From assembly GCA_027468165.1 (NCBI GenBank), contig GCA_027468165.1_3951.1: a DNA stretch of 64,000 nucleotides. The stretch is one strand, 5' to 3'. The notes beneath the pieces are model-generated. The model searched no databases, was not told the origin of the DNA, and was given only the letters and a program-made list of their open reading frames with translations. The position numbers and the translations under genes were made by a program. This document shows, piece after piece, positions 1-16,587 of the stretch (positions are counted from its first letter, which is position 1; every line of letters begins with the position of its first letter). This DNA is from a phage.

Positions 1-2
1 GT

Positions 3-1343
3 TCGAATATCTTCAGACTTGCTGATAGATTATTCAACCAACCTTTACTAGCCACTGAATCATTAGCTCACTCAGCAGCAACTTATGTGAATAACAGATT
101 GCTGGGTGATGTCCAAGCAGCAGTAAACTTTGATAAACCTAAAGGTGAAGCAAGAAGTCTTTTAAAAGTAAAAGATGACATTGCTATTATTCCTATTATG
201 GGTGGTTTAACTCATCGTATGACATTCATTGATGCAATGTGTACAGGTGGTCTAAGCTCTTATGAAGGTTTACGTAGAGGCTTTGACGAAGCTTTAGCAG
301 ATGAGTCAATTAAGACTATTGTTCTGCATATTGATTCTGGTGGTGGTGAAGCTTCAGGTTGCTTTGAATTAGCACGTCACATTATGGCTTCAAGAGGCCA
401 AAAGAAAATTATTGCTTATGTAGATGAGTTCGCTTGTTCCGCTGCATATGCTCTTGCATCTTCTGCTGAAGAAATTATTGCATCACCAGATGCAGATGTT
501 GGTTCTATTGGTGTAATCATGGTTCATCAGGAATTAACTAAGGCATTTGAAAAGAATGGCGTAACAATTAACGTCATTAAAGCTGGTGAGTTTAAAGGTA
601 TGGGTTCACCATTCCAAGCACTTTCAGAAGAAAGCAAAGAAAGACTTCAAAAGAGAATTAATGATACCTACGCAACCTTTACAGGTTTTGTAGCTGAATC
701 TCGTAATCTCTCTGAAGAAGCTGTAAAGAATACTGAGGCGAATGTTTATTCTGCTCAGGAAGCTCTTGAACTTGGTTTAATTAACTCAATCATGTCTCAA
801 GATGATTTCTTAAATTACTTACAAGGTTCTGAAGAGGCTCCTGTAAGTTTAAACGTTAACAATTCAGGTGAAGAAATGACTGAACAAGAAAAGCAAGAAC
901 TAGAAGCTTTGCGTCTTCAGGTTGCTCAAATGAAAGCTAAAGAACAGGAAGCTGCTTTGTCAGATTTGACTAATAAGATTTCTGCTTCTGCTGAAGCTTT
1001 TGGATTTGATGCAAAAGAAGCTGCAACGACTATTTTAGGTGCTGGTCTTGATAACCCTCTGAGTGTTCTGTTTATGAATGCTATGGAAGGTGCTAACCAG
1101 AAACTTAATGAAACTATCGCATCCCATGCTTCTGCAATGGAAGAAAAAGAATCAGAGATTACCAAGCTGAAAGAAACTGCTGGTGCTGTTCTTGAACATT
1201 CCAACGCTATGGAAGAAGTGGGTAATGACGGCGAAGCTGATTTGGTTGAAGAAGAAAAAGAACCAGCTAAGAATGCTTCCGAAGACACCGCTGAACAACG
1301 CAAACTGGCTCTCCAGAATGCTCTAAAATCTCTTATCAAATAA
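3..1343 (+). CDS. Prohead protease (S49/ClpP-like) fused to a C-terminal Glu/Ala/Lys-rich scaffold-like domain; 5' end truncated by the window edge
   Basis: Frame is open from nt 3 to the GTG at 87, so the gene starts upstream. Motifs HIDSGGGEASG and FACSAAYALASSA match S49/ClpP peptidases. The C-terminal 150 aa are coiled-coil-like. Confidence 0.6.
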   Translation, partial: SNIFRLADRLFNQPLLATESLAHSAATYVNNRLLGDVQAAVNFDKPKGEARSLLKVKDDIAIIPIMGGLTHRMTFIDAMCTGGLSSYEGLRRGFDEALADESIKTIVLHIDSGGGEASGCFELARHIMASRGQKKIIAYVDEFACSAAYALASSAEEIIASPDADVGSIGVIMVHQELTKAFEKNGVTINVIKAGEFKGMGSPFQALSEESKERLQKRINDTYATFTGFVAESRNLSEEAVKNTEANVYSAQEALELGLINSIMSQDDFLNYLQGSEEAPVSLNVNNSGEEMTEQEKQELEALRLQVAQMKAKEQEAALSDLTNKISASAEAFGFDAKEAATTILGAGLDNPLSVLFMNAMEGANQKLNETIASHASAMEEKESEITKLKETAGAVLEHSNAMEEVGNDGEADLVEEEKEPAKNASEDTAEQRKLALQNALKSLIK

Positions 1344-1354
1344 GGAACACAACA

Positions 1355-1732
1355 ATGGCATATCAAGGTTTTACTAAGTTAGGTAAAAGAGAACCTCTGA
1401 ATGATATCATTCTTTGGGAACAGGTTACCCCAACAGGCCACTCTCGTAAAGAGTACACTCCGGTTGCTTCAACAGAATACCGTGTAGGTGAAGTTCTGAA
1501 AGCAGATGGTACTAAGGTTACAGCAGGGCAAGAAGCTCAGGCTGACTCTGTATGTATCGTTAACTTTTATGCAGACTCACAACTGTCTTATCACGGTCAG
1601 TTGAAAGTGGTAGGTATCTACCGCGATGCAGAACTGAAAGACATGCTTACTCTTGAGTCTGGTGTTAATGCTGAGAACGTCAAGAAAGCTCTGGCTGCTA
1701 AAGGTATTGATTTCTTACCAACTGGCCTGTAA
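1355..1732 (+). CDS. Small head-associated protein (possible decoration or head-stabilising protein)
   Basis: ATG with AAGGA RBS; sits between protease/scaffold and the putative major capsid gene; function inferred from position only. Confidence 0.3.
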   Translation: MAYQGFTKLGKREPLNDIILWEQVTPTGHSRKEYTPVASTEYRVGEVLKADGTKVTAGQEAQADSVCIVNFYADSQLSYHGQLKVVGIYRDAELKDMLTLESGVNAENVKKALAAKGIDFLPTGL

Positions 1733-1765
1733 TAACAATAATAAGACATTCTGGAGAATTTTACA

Positions 1766-2878
1766 ATGTTGACTAATTCTGAAAAAAGCAGATTTTTCCT
1801 TGCTGACCTGACTGGTGAAGTCCAGTCTATCCCAAATACTTATGGGTATATTTCCAACTTAGGTCTGTTCCGTTCAGCACCAATTACCCAAACTACTTTC
1901 CTGATGGACTTAACTGATTGGGATGTTAGCTTGCTTGATGCGGTAGACCGTGATAGCCGTAAAGCAGAGACTAGCGCACCTGAGCGTGTTCGTCAAATCA
2001 GCTTCCCAATGATGTACTTCAAAGAAGTTGAAAGCATCACTCCTGATGAAATTCAGGGTGTACGTCAGCCAGGCACTGCAAACGAACTGACTACTGAAGC
2101 TGTAGTACGTGCTAAGAAGCTGATGAAGATTCGTACCAAGTTCGATATTACTCGTGAGTTCCTGTTTATGCAAGCTCTGAAGGGTAAAGTTGTTGATGCT
2201 CGTGGTACTCTGTATGCTGACCTGTACAAGCAGTTCGACGTTGAGAAGAAGACTATTCACTTCGACCTTGACAACCCTAATGCTGACATCGACGCTTCTA
2301 TTGAAGAACTGCGTATGCACATGGAAGACGAAGCTAAGACTGGCACTGTAATCAACGGTGAAGAAATTCACGTAGTTGTTGACCGTGTATTCTTCAGCAA
2401 ACTGACTAAGCATCCTAAGATTCGTGACGCTTATCTTGCACAGCAGACTCCACTGGCTTGGCAACAGATTACTGGCTCTCTGAGAACTGGTGGTACTGAC
2501 GGCGTTCAGGCTCATATGAACACCTTCTACTACGGTGGTGTTAAGTTTGTCCAGTACAATGGTAAGTTCAAAGACAAGCGTGGTAAGGTTCACACTCTGG
2601 TGAGCATTGATGGTGTTACTCAGGACGGAACTGTAGGTGTAGGTCACGCTTTCCCTAACGTTTCTATGCTGGGTGAAGCAAACAACATCTTCGAAGTGGC
2701 ATATGGCCCATGTCCTAAGATGGGTTATGCAAATACACTTGGTCAGGAACTGTACGTATTCGAATACGAAAAAGACCGTGACGAAGGTATTGACTTTGAA
2801 GCTCACTCTTACATGCTGCCATACTGTACTCGTCCTCAGTTGCTGGTAGACGTTCGTTCTGACGCTAAAGGCGAATAA
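1766..2878 (+). CDS. Major capsid protein (putative)
   Basis: 370 aa ORF directly after protease/scaffold, RBS GGAG, strongly biased codon usage typical of highly expressed structural genes. Confidence 0.55.
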   Translation: MLTNSEKSRFFLADLTGEVQSIPNTYGYISNLGLFRSAPITQTTFLMDLTDWDVSLLDAVDRDSRKAETSAPERVRQISFPMMYFKEVESITPDEIQGVRQPGTANELTTEAVVRAKKLMKIRTKFDITREFLFMQALKGKVVDARGTLYADLYKQFDVEKKTIHFDLDNPNADIDASIEELRMHMEDEAKTGTVINGEEIHVVVDRVFFSKLTKHPKIRDAYLAQQTPLAWQQITGSLRTGGTDGVQAHMNTFYYGGVKFVQYNGKFKDKRGKVHTLVSIDGVTQDGTVGVGHAFPNVSMLGEANNIFEVAYGPCPKMGYANTLGQELYVFEYEKDRDEGIDFEAHSYMLPYCTRPQLLVDVRSDAKGE

Positions 2879-2899
2879 TATTCTTAAGGAGGGTTATGA

Positions 2900-3349
2900 A
2901 TGTGTTATACAGGCGACCCAGCCAATAACCCTCTTGATAGAGTAAGAATCCTCTGCACAGACACCAATAATGATGAAATTCTTATTGAGCAGTCTGTGCT
3001 AGAGTGGTTCTATCTAGAATCTGGAAAGGATGAAAAGAAAGCAGCCATCAAAGCTCTTAAATATTTACTCTTTCAAGTAGCCAAGATGGGAGATGAGAAG
3101 GTTGGTGGTGTTTACTTACGTAACTCTTCCAGATTCAAGTCTCTGAAGGCTGTTTATGACGACCTTGTTAAAAGCTCTGTTTCAGGACTACCCTATGCAG
3201 GTGGTATTAGTCAGTGTGATATTGACATGCGTCGTCATAATCCTTGCTCTGTCAAGAAATACACAGAATATGGTGATGCTGCTAGATACGAAGGCAGAGA
3301 TTACTGCAACCGTGTTAATGGCGTATTTATTATCGAGCGAGATGAATAA
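2900..3349 (+). CDS. Hypothetical head/neck protein
   Basis: ATG preceded by AAGGAGGG; located between capsid and tail genes. Confidence 0.4.
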   Translation: MCYTGDPANNPLDRVRILCTDTNNDEILIEQSVLEWFYLESGKDEKKAAIKALKYLLFQVAKMGDEKVGGVYLRNSSRFKSLKAVYDDLVKSSVSGLPYAGGISQCDIDMRRHNPCSVKKYTEYGDAARYEGRDYCNRVNGVFIIERDE

Positions 3350-3831
3350 TGGTTAAAAGGGTTATTCACCCCGCTAGAGCAAAATTAGTCGGGGCTATGA
3401 AGAACTTGCACACGGCTAATGCTCAAGTTGGGTATTTTCAAGAACAAGGTCAACATAGCTCTGGTTTTTCTTATCCTGCTTTAATGTACTTACAAGAAGT
3501 TATTGGGGTTCCTTCAGCTTCTGGTAAAGTATATCGTAGGTTGTTTGAAATCACTATGATGCTAAACAGACAGACCTTGTTAGAGCAGACTAAGAAGAAT
3601 CTATATAAGCAACTTAGCAGTCTCAACACAGACCCTTCAAACACCTTAGAAGCATTTGCAAAGAATGCTCAGAAGGCAATTAAAAGAGGTTTTGGTAATT
3701 CTGCTATCCTCCCTCCTAACGCACCTTCCACAGTCAAGAAAAAAGGCTTTAACGCACCTCTTGTTGAGACAGGTGACTTAAGGGATAACCTTGCTTATAA
3801 AATTTCTACTAAGAAGGGTATTAAAAAATGA
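3349..3831 (+). CDS. Hypothetical head-tail joining protein
   Basis: ORF tightly packed with neighbours in the structural operon. Confidence 0.35.
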   Translation: MVKRVIHPARAKLVGAMKNLHTANAQVGYFQEQGQHSSGFSYPALMYLQEVIGVPSASGKVYRRLFEITMMLNRQTLLEQTKKNLYKQLSSLNTDPSNTLEAFAKNAQKAIKRGFGNSAILPPNAPSTVKKKGFNAPLVETGDLRDNLAYKISTKKGIKK

Positions 3832-4229
3832 GACTCTTAAACAGACACAGCTTTATAGTAAAGCGTAAAGTCTCTGAAGACGGTTATTATAATGATGATG
3901 GTGATTGGGTAGCTTCACAAGATATTGTAGAGGTTAACTGTAAAGGTAATATCCAGCCATACATCAAAGGTTCTGTAAAGAATGGTACACAGATTGCTTT
4001 ACCGGAAGGTATTAGGCTTACCGATACAAGAATCCTGTATACTACATATAAACTTAGAACTTCAGATGATGTAGAGTGGAATGAGTCTGATATTGTTATG
4101 ATTGATGGTCATGAGTATGAAGTATTTATGACTATGGATTGGTCACAGCAATTAGCCCATACGTCCCATTATGAATATATCATTATTAGAAGGGATAAAA
4201 TGAATGCAGTTAGAAACAGCAGAACTTGA
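3828..4229 (+). CDS. Hypothetical head-tail joining protein
   Basis: Overlaps the stop of the upstream gene (translational coupling) in the structural operon. Confidence 0.35.
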   Translation: MRLLNRHSFIVKRKVSEDGYYNDDGDWVASQDIVEVNCKGNIQPYIKGSVKNGTQIALPEGIRLTDTRILYTTYKLRTSDDVEWNESDIVMIDGHEYEVFMTMDWSQQLAHTSHYEYIIIRRDKMNAVRNSRT

Positions 4230-4803
4230 AAAAGGTCTAGTTAGAACCTTAGTGGATGTTATTGGTCACAGACTAGCTCGTGATAAAAATAATAGACCAA
4301 ATGTAATTAGAGCTTACCCTTCTGATAACTCAAATGACAAAGGTTTAAAACCTGACCAGCCATTCATTACCGTATATTGTCAAGATGCTGCAACACCTTA
4401 TGGTTGGGTTCTTGATAAGTTTGTTGAGGATGATGTAGTTTGCTACAGAATTGCTTTTCAGATTCCAGTATTGATTACGGTAAATGGTAAAGGTGCTCAC
4501 AGTATTATGCTTGAGCTTAAACAACGATTAGAGATGAGTTCAGTCAGAGATTTAATTCTTGAAGAGACAGGAGCTACAGTTCTAGATACTGGAGCTATCC
4601 CAAATGACTATACTTATCTTAATACAGATTTCGAAAATTCTGCACCTCTTGTTGTAACTCTTGTAAAAAATTCAGTCCTGAAAGATGAACGTGGAGGTAT
4701 TATTGAACGTGTCATCGTTGATGGTGAATTAGTTTACGAAGAAGGACAAGAGCCACCAGAATATACTATCCATCTAGATGTAGACTCCAAAGGGGTAAAA
4801 TAA
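4204..4803 (+). CDS. Hypothetical tail completion/neck protein
   Basis: ORF immediately upstream of the putative sheath gene. Confidence 0.35.
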   Translation: MQLETAELEKGLVRTLVDVIGHRLARDKNNRPNVIRAYPSDNSNDKGLKPDQPFITVYCQDAATPYGWVLDKFVEDDVVCYRIAFQIPVLITVNGKGAHSIMLELKQRLEMSSVRDLILEETGATVLDTGAIPNDYTYLNTDFENSAPLVVTLVKNSVLKDERGGIIERVIVDGELVYEEGQEPPEYTIHLDVDSKGVK

Positions 4804-6156
4804 ATGTGGAATCCAATTGTTAATGTAGATATTACATTGAACACCGCAGGAACTACAAGAGAAGGTTTTGGGCTACCACTATTTTTAGCTTCAACAGATA
4901 ACTTTGAAGAAAGAGTGCGTGGTTACACTTCCTTAACTGAAGTTGCTGAAGATTTCGATGAGAAGTCTGCTGCATATAAGGCTGCTAAACAACTTTGGAG
5001 TCAAACTCCTAAAGTAACTCAGCTTTATATTGGTAGACGTGCTATGCAGTACACTGTATCAATTCCTGATGCCGTTACCGAAAGTACAGACTATTCTTTA
5101 ACTGTAGCTGCTGGCGGTGGAATTTCTCAACCATATCAGTATACAGCAAAAAGCTCAGACACTGCTGAAGTAGTGTTGCAACAGTTTAAAACACAGATTG
5201 AAGCTGACCCAACAATCAAAGATAAGGTTTCTGTGAACGTAACTGGTAGTGGTTCTTCTACCACAATGGTTATTACCAAAGCTGGTGATAATGATTTTGT
5301 GAAAGTAACAACTACAGCACAAACAGTGTCAATTGCAAGTACAACTGCTGATACAGCGTCAACTGCTCTGGCAGCCATTGAAGCTTATTCTACTGACTGG
5401 TATTTCATTGCAGCAGAAGACAGAACTCAACAGTTTGTCTTAGCAATGGCTTCTGAGATTCAGGCTCGCAAGAAAATCTTCTTCACTGCTAACTCTGATG
5501 TAGCAGCACTGCAAGGCACAGAATTAAACAGTGCAAATGATGTTCCAGCACAGCTTGCTAAGAACATGTACACCCGTACAGTTTGCTTGTGGCATCACAC
5601 AGCAGCAGAAGACTATCCAGAGATGGCATACATTGCTTATGGTGCTCCATATGATGCAGGTTCAATTGCTTGGGGTAACGCACAGTTAACTGGCGTAGCT
5701 GCTTCTCTACAACCATCTAATCAGAGACCTCTGACAAGTATTCAGAAGTCAGCTTTAGATGCACGTCACTGTAACTTTATTGACCTTGATGGTGGTGTTC
5801 CAGTGGTTCGTAGAGGGATTACTTCTGGTGGGGAATGGATTGATATCATCCGTGGTGTTGACTGGTTAGAATCAGACCTGAAAACTTCTCTGAGAGACTT
5901 GCTAATTAACCAGAAGGGTGGTAAGATTACTTATGATGATACTGGTATTACCCGTATTCGTCAAGTCATTGAAACCTCTCTACAAAGAGCAGTCAACAGA
6001 AACTTCCTGTCATCTTACACAGTTAATGTTCCTAAAGCCTCTCAAGTTGCTTTAGCAGACAAGAAAGCTCGTATCCTGAAAGATGTTACCTTCGCAGGTA
6101 TCTTAGCAGGGGCTATCTTGGATGTTGACTTGAAAGGTACAGTGGCTTACGAATAA
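4804..6156 (+). CDS. Tail sheath protein (putative)
   Basis: 450 aa ORF followed by a 148 aa tube-sized ORF, chaperone-sized ORFs and a tape measure gene; typical myovirus synteny. Confidence 0.5.
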   Translation: MWNPIVNVDITLNTAGTTREGFGLPLFLASTDNFEERVRGYTSLTEVAEDFDEKSAAYKAAKQLWSQTPKVTQLYIGRRAMQYTVSIPDAVTESTDYSLTVAAGGGISQPYQYTAKSSDTAEVVLQQFKTQIEADPTIKDKVSVNVTGSGSSTTMVITKAGDNDFVKVTTTAQTVSIASTTADTASTALAAIEAYSTDWYFIAAEDRTQQFVLAMASEIQARKKIFFTANSDVAALQGTELNSANDVPAQLAKNMYTRTVCLWHHTAAEDYPEMAYIAYGAPYDAGSIAWGNAQLTGVAASLQPSNQRPLTSIQKSALDARHCNFIDLDGGVPVVRRGITSGGEWIDIIRGVDWLESDLKTSLRDLLINQKGGKITYDDTGITRIRQVIETSLQRAVNRNFLSSYTVNVPKASQVALADKKARILKDVTFAGILAGAILDVDLKGTVAYE

Positions 6157-6171
6157 TAGAGGTAAATTGGA

Positions 6172-6618
6172 ATGGCTATGTATCAGCAATATTCCCCTAA
6201 AGACGTTGTATGTAGCTGGAACGGCATTGCTATTGAAGGCTTTGCTCCAGATTCATTCTTACGTCTACAGAGAACATCACCACTTATTACACCAGTTGTA
6301 GGTGCAGGTGGTCAGGTTGCTCTGACAAGAAATGCAGACAAGACAGGTACTATTGAGATTGAGCTAATGCAGACTTCTCTCTCTAATCAGATGCTTTCTG
6401 CAATTCAAGCTAAACAAGACAATATGGAACTTGAAGAAGATATCTCTTCTAACTTCGTAATCTACGACCCATCAGGCTCTGTTCTGGCAACTGGTATTAA
6501 TGCTTGGTTGCAGGAACTACCACAGATTGAACTTGGTCGTGACCAGAACTCTAAGACTTGGATTTTTGGTTGTGAGAAGCTAGACTACACTTCTACAATT
6601 CCAGCGTCAAGTGTTTAA
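6172..6618 (+). CDS. Tail tube protein (putative)
   Basis: 148 aa ORF after the sheath gene, followed by a strong intrinsic terminator. Confidence 0.5.
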   Translation: MAMYQQYSPKDVVCSWNGIAIEGFAPDSFLRLQRTSPLITPVVGAGGQVALTRNADKTGTIEIELMQTSLSNQMLSAIQAKQDNMELEEDISSNFVIYDPSGSVLATGINAWLQELPQIELGRDQNSKTWIFGCEKLDYTSTIPASSV

Positions 6619-6630
6619 TAAATCCTATAA

Positions 6631-6664
6631 GGGGGAGACTTTAAAAGGTCTTCCCCTTTTTTGT
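6631..6664 (+). terminator. Rho-independent terminator
   Basis: GC-rich hairpin GGGGGAGAC/GTCTTCCCC followed by a T-run, immediately after the tube gene. Confidence 0.6.
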
Positions 6665-6691
6665 TTCTTTTAAAAGTATTAAGGAATCACA

Positions 6692-7090
6692 ATGAAAACA
6701 GAAGCTAGAGTAATTAATGGTAAGAAAGTAAATATCGTTCTGCTTGGGGCAAGAGATGGTATTAAGATGTCTATGAAGTTGGGTAAAATTGTTGTTCCGA
6801 CTTTTGCACAGATGCTATCAAGTCTGACTGATAAAGATAAGAAAGAAGTCCCAATGGTTCCATTTAAAGAACTTGTTGAGGCTTGTTTTGACAGAATTGA
6901 AGAAATTAACCTTGAAGAAATGGCTACCATGTTATTTCAAGGGGCAACTGTTGATGACTTCCCACTTAATATTGATACATACTTCCAAGCAAACTATGGT
7001 GAATTTATTGATTACTTAGCATTTGCGCTGGAGGCAAACTTCGGAAGTTTTTTCGAAGCAAGCATTTTCAAAAGCCTAACTTCTCAGTAA
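6692..7090 (+). CDS. Tail assembly chaperone (putative)
   Basis: Small ORF between tube and tape measure genes. Confidence 0.4.
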   Translation: MKTEARVINGKKVNIVLLGARDGIKMSMKLGKIVVPTFAQMLSSLTDKDKKEVPMVPFKELVEACFDRIEEINLEEMATMLFQGATVDDFPLNIDTYFQANYGEFIDYLAFALEANFGSFFEASIFKSLTSQ

Positions 7091-7092
7091 AC

Positions 7093-7331
7093 ATGGGTAA
7101 CACTCTACAGACACCACTAACTGATGCTGCTGTAGAGGCAACCTATGAAGAAGCAGACGAGATGAAATTTGTGCTTGCTATTTATGGTATGGAAGGGTGT
7201 AAAGAAACACTTGACCAACTCTTTGCTATGACATTCTCTGATTTATTATCATTGAGACAATTTCTTGAAATTCAGAGGTCGTATAAAGAGGAAATTGCTT
7301 ACAACGAACTTAGAAGAGCAGGAAAAATGTA

Positions 7332-7332
<1 letters not shown>
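7093..7332 (+). CDS. Tail assembly chaperone, second small ORF
   Basis: 79 aa ORF directly upstream of the tape measure gene. Confidence 0.35.
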
Positions 7333-12734
<5,402 letters not shown>

Positions 12735-12735
<1 letters not shown>

Positions 12736-14204
12736 TGGCAGGATTAACTACAACAGGATTACAAACTCTAAGATATCAGGAAATTTTTGATAATATCAAA
12801 TCAAGACTTCTTAGAGATATTTCACCAAACCTTGACGTTTCTGAAGATAGTCAATTAGGCCTCTTCCTAGCTTCAATTGCAAGGTCTTTAGCAGATACTC
12901 ACGAGATTCTATCAGAAGTCTATGATGGTGGAACAATTGACAAGGCCGAAGGCTTTAACCTTGATGATATTACCGCTTTAAACGCTGTATATAGGTATGT
13001 TGCACAGGCAACAAGAGGTCAGGTGGAGTTTACTGGAACAACTGGTGCTACCATTCCTTCAACAACAAGATTAAGAAGTACTGCCGGAAACATCTTTTAT
13101 CCAGTTAACAACATTACCCTTACCCCATCATATTGTGTTGAAGCTGTCCTTGAAGTTAACTCTTTACGAACTGATGCAGATTATGTTATTATTATTGATA
13201 ACGTCATTTTCTCATATAAACCAACCTCATCAGATACAATCACCACACTTCTAACAAAATTAGCAGAAGCTATTAATGGTGGTATTGTAGCAAAGGCAGA
13301 AGTCATTAATGATGGAGCAGCATTAAAAATCTATAAAGATGAGGGTGATATCATTGCAAGAACAAACCCTATGGTTGTCACTGCAACAACGTTTCTGACC
13401 TTTACAAAAATTACAACTATTTCAGATGTAGTAGCTGAAGAGGTTGGTGCTACCCCTGCTTTAGCTGGTACACTTATTGAGATTGAGACAACTGTTGATG
13501 GTCTTGACAGTATTTATAACAGATATGACTTAACAACTGGTAGAAACGAAGAAACTGACACAGAACTTAGACAGAGATATTTAGAGTCCTTAGCAGTTAC
13601 TGGTGTAGGAACTTTGGATGCAATTGTAGCTGCTGTTAAAAGAGTTCAAGGTGTCTCAGATGCTTCAGGTGTTGAAAATGATACTGAAGAAACAAACTCA
13701 GAAGGTCTCCCACCAAAATCTTTTAAGATTGTTGTAGTTGGCGGTCAAAATGATAATGTTGCTCAAGCAATCTGGGATACAAAACCTGCTGGTATTAGAG
13801 CTTATGGCTCAATTTTTGGTACAGCCCATGATTTAGGTGGTTTAGCACACAATATCTATTTTAGCAGACCAACACCAAAATACGCATTTGTTAAGGTCTC
13901 TTACTCTCTATATGATGAAGAAAGCTTGACAATCCCTGAAGAGGATATCAGAGACAGTATTGTACAAGGTATTAATGCCTACGGAAGAACTCTTAAGGTT
14001 GGTAATGATGTTATCCCTAACAGAATCTATGGACATATCTATGACGTAATTAAAGGTATTGAGATTAATGAAGTTAAAGTAGCATTATCAAATAACCAAT
14101 CAGTTCCACCTAGTGACGGACAATATACTACAGCAAGAATTACTGTTGACGGTGACCAATATACTGTTTGGGAAAGCAGCCAGTATACCATCACTAAGGA
14201 GTAA
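12735..14204 (+). CDS. Baseplate protein (gpJ-like, putative)
   Basis: 489 aa ORF after the W-like gene. Confidence 0.35.
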
Positions 14205-14206
14205 TA

Positions 14207-15061
14207 ATGTTTGAAAAGATTGATAGTGTTTATTACAAAACACTTGATGAACGAACTGTAACACAGTTTAAAGATAAGTTTATCTACACAAGCATCTTGA
14301 AAGCAGTCACTGATGAGTTACAAACGCTAGAGGATGTTTGCTGGCAGATGCACACAGAGAGAAATATCAGGACGTCAGTAGGCCAACAACTTGATAATAT
14401 TGGCTCACTGATTAAAGTTCCTAGACCTTTAGGTGCTGATGATGAAACATATAGAGCTATGCTTTATATCCAAATCTTCCTAAGACGCTCTGACACTACT
14501 CCTACATTCTTGCAAAAAGCAATTATGACACTGTATGGTGCAACTTTCTCTCAGATTTTTGAGCATATTACTCCTAAGACTGGTGGTATCGTTATCCGTA
14601 TTAACACCAGAAAAAACGTTCTTGATGCTGCATATACGCTATCAAAGATTTCTGCAACAACCACTGGTTCTGCTGTTATCTTAAGAGATGTTACTTTAAA
14701 GGGGACTGCTTGGACACCTGTAGAGGTTGCTGATTCAGCACTTGCCATTGTTGATGATAAAGAGAACTGGTTTGTAACTGATGCTAACAGAGGTCTGGTA
14801 ACAAATAACACTGGTGGCTCTCTGGAGTCTAACCTAGTAGGGAGTCTTGCAGATGCTGGTGTTATTGATGGTTACTTTAAGGTTGACAGAACAGCAAACT
14901 CACAGAGTGATGATTACATGACTGTAGATAGGTCTAATAAAAGTGGATATTTCATCATTGGTAAAGAAGCTGTTGCAGGTGGTGCATACGGAATCATGGC
15001 TGAGGTTGCACAAATTGTCAAAGGCAGAAAAGATAAATCACAACAAGAAGGAAATTCTTAA
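14207..15061 (+). CDS. Baseplate/tail fiber attachment protein (gpI-like, putative)
   Basis: 284 aa ORF directly upstream of the fiber genes. Confidence 0.3.
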   Translation: MFEKIDSVYYKTLDERTVTQFKDKFIYTSILKAVTDELQTLEDVCWQMHTERNIRTSVGQQLDNIGSLIKVPRPLGADDETYRAMLYIQIFLRRSDTTPTFLQKAIMTLYGATFSQIFEHITPKTGGIVIRINTRKNVLDAAYTLSKISATTTGSAVILRDVTLKGTAWTPVEVADSALAIVDDKENWFVTDANRGLVTNNTGGSLESNLVGSLADAGVIDGYFKVDRTANSQSDDYMTVDRSNKSGYFIIGKEAVAGGAYGIMAEVAQIVKGRKDKSQQEGNS

Positions 15062-15363
15062 TGGCAGTTTTAAATTGGTCTACAAATGAAGTGGATACCG
15101 ATGGTAATCAGTTAAAAGTTTTACCACCACCGGAAATTCAAGAGACAGGTCTTTTAAAGGGTGAGCCTATGGGTAGGCAGTGGTTCAACTATATTATCAA
15201 CTACCTGCTGAATAAAGTAAACGGCACTGTTGGTGAAGTTCGCTCATATGCAACTGAGCAACCAGATTTAGTGGCTAATGGCTGGAATCTGATTAAGTCT
15301 GAGACAGGGACTGCATCAACAAGTACAAGAAACCTTTACACATATGAATATGTAGGAGCTTAA
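15061..15363 (+). CDS. Hypothetical tail protein
   Basis: 100 aa coupled ORF. Confidence 0.3.
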   Translation: MAVLNWSTNEVDTDGNQLKVLPPPEIQETGLLKGEPMGRQWFNYIINYLLNKVNGTVGEVRSYATEQPDLVANGWNLIKSETGTASTSTRNLYTYEYVGA

Positions 15364-15365
15364 TA

Positions 15366-16541
15366 ATGGCAGTAGGTGAAATTCAAATTAGTGCCTTGCC
15401 ACAAGCGGCCTTACCAATTGATTTGAGTGATATCTTCCATCTTAAGCAAGGTGTTGAGGATAAAAGATGTACGCTTGAACAATTGTTAGCACCTCACGCA
15501 TCTTTGAGGAATAACCCTCATGGTGTAACTAAATCACAAGTTGGTCTTGATAATGTTATTAACTCTCTACAATTAGTTGCAGCTAATAACTTGTCAGACA
15601 TTGTGAATGTTGCTGAGGCAAGAGCGAATCTGCAAATTATGTCTTCAGATGAAGTGAACAGTTTAATTAAGAGACATATCGACGACAAAAGCAACCCACA
15701 CAATACAACTAAAGCACAGGTTGGGTTAAGTAATGTTCAGAACTGGACAACATCAAACCTGTACAATGAAGATGCTGATAAGTATGCTACCGCGAGAGCA
15801 GTGAATAATTTATACAAAGCTATCCAAGCATCATATCCAGTAGGGACTATTCATCTATCTGTTAACTCTACTAATCCATCTACTTACTTGCTTTGTGGGG
15901 GTACTTGGGAGTTAGTATCTAAAGGTAAGGCACTAGTTGGTTATGATACAGATTCTAGACCTGTTGGTTCAACGTTTGGTTCTCAGACTGTAGCATTAAC
16001 AAATAATAATTTACCGGCGCACACCCACTCTATCTATTTAACAGGTGGTGGCCATACACACTCTGCAAGTGTATCTATCTCCAGTTTTGATTATGGTTCA
16101 AGAAGTACATCAACTTTCGATTATGGTACGAAGGCAACCGATGGTGCTGGTGCTCACACTCACACTTTTAGTGGCACGACAAGTAATGCTGGTAACCACA
16201 ACCATAGAGTACCACTGAGAGGTAATGATAGGAGTGGGTGGAATGCTATTACCGCGTCTGCTGATGCTGGGGTTGGTAACGCTTCGTATACTGATTTAGC
16301 AGGTGCTCACACCCATAGCTTCTCAGGCACAACTGCATCATCTGGTGCTCATAGCCATACTGTTGCAATTGGTGCTCATAGCCACACTGTTAGTATCGGT
16401 TCACACAGTCATACTGGCACTGTTACTGTTTCTAGCTCAGAGCATACGCACTCAGGCACATCTGGCTCTGTTGGTGGTGGTCAGGCTTTCAGTGTTGAGC
16501 AGCCATCTTTTGTAGTATATGTATGGCAGAGAACAGCTTAG
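15366..16541 (+). CDS. Tail fiber protein with C-terminal HxH repeat tip domain
   Basis: Repeated AHTHS/AHSHT/GHTHS motifs; C-terminus ...AFSVEQPSFVVYVWQRTA resembles the C-terminus of the next gene. Confidence 0.6.
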   Translation: MAVGEIQISALPQAALPIDLSDIFHLKQGVEDKRCTLEQLLAPHASLRNNPHGVTKSQVGLDNVINSLQLVAANNLSDIVNVAEARANLQIMSSDEVNSLIKRHIDDKSNPHNTTKAQVGLSNVQNWTTSNLYNEDADKYATARAVNNLYKAIQASYPVGTIHLSVNSTNPSTYLLCGGTWELVSKGKALVGYDTDSRPVGSTFGSQTVALTNNNLPAHTHSIYLTGGGHTHSASVSISSFDYGSRSTSTFDYGTKATDGAGAHTHTFSGTTSNAGNHNHRVPLRGNDRSGWNAITASADAGVGNASYTDLAGAHTHSFSGTTASSGAHSHTVAIGAHSHTVSIGSHSHTGTVTVSSSEHTHSGTSGSVGGGQAFSVEQPSFVVYVWQRTA

Positions 16542-16550
16542 TTTCTTTAC

Positions 16551-16571
16551 AGGGGCTTTATAGCCCCTTTT
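16551..16571 (+). terminator. Hairpin/terminator between the two fiber genes
   Basis: AGGGGC-TTTATA-GCCCCT hairpin followed by TTTT. Confidence 0.4.
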
Positions 16572-16587
16572 AAGAGGAAAATTTATA

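Noticed and set aside
926-1366. 146 aa minus-strand ORF inside the protease/scaffold gene
   Set aside because: Antisense to a gene with clear peptidase motifs; the Ala/Ser-rich product is typical of a spurious reverse-frame ORF.
1910-2806. 298 aa minus-strand ORF inside the putative major capsid gene
   Set aside because: Antisense to a highly codon-biased structural gene; no RBS; low-complexity translation.
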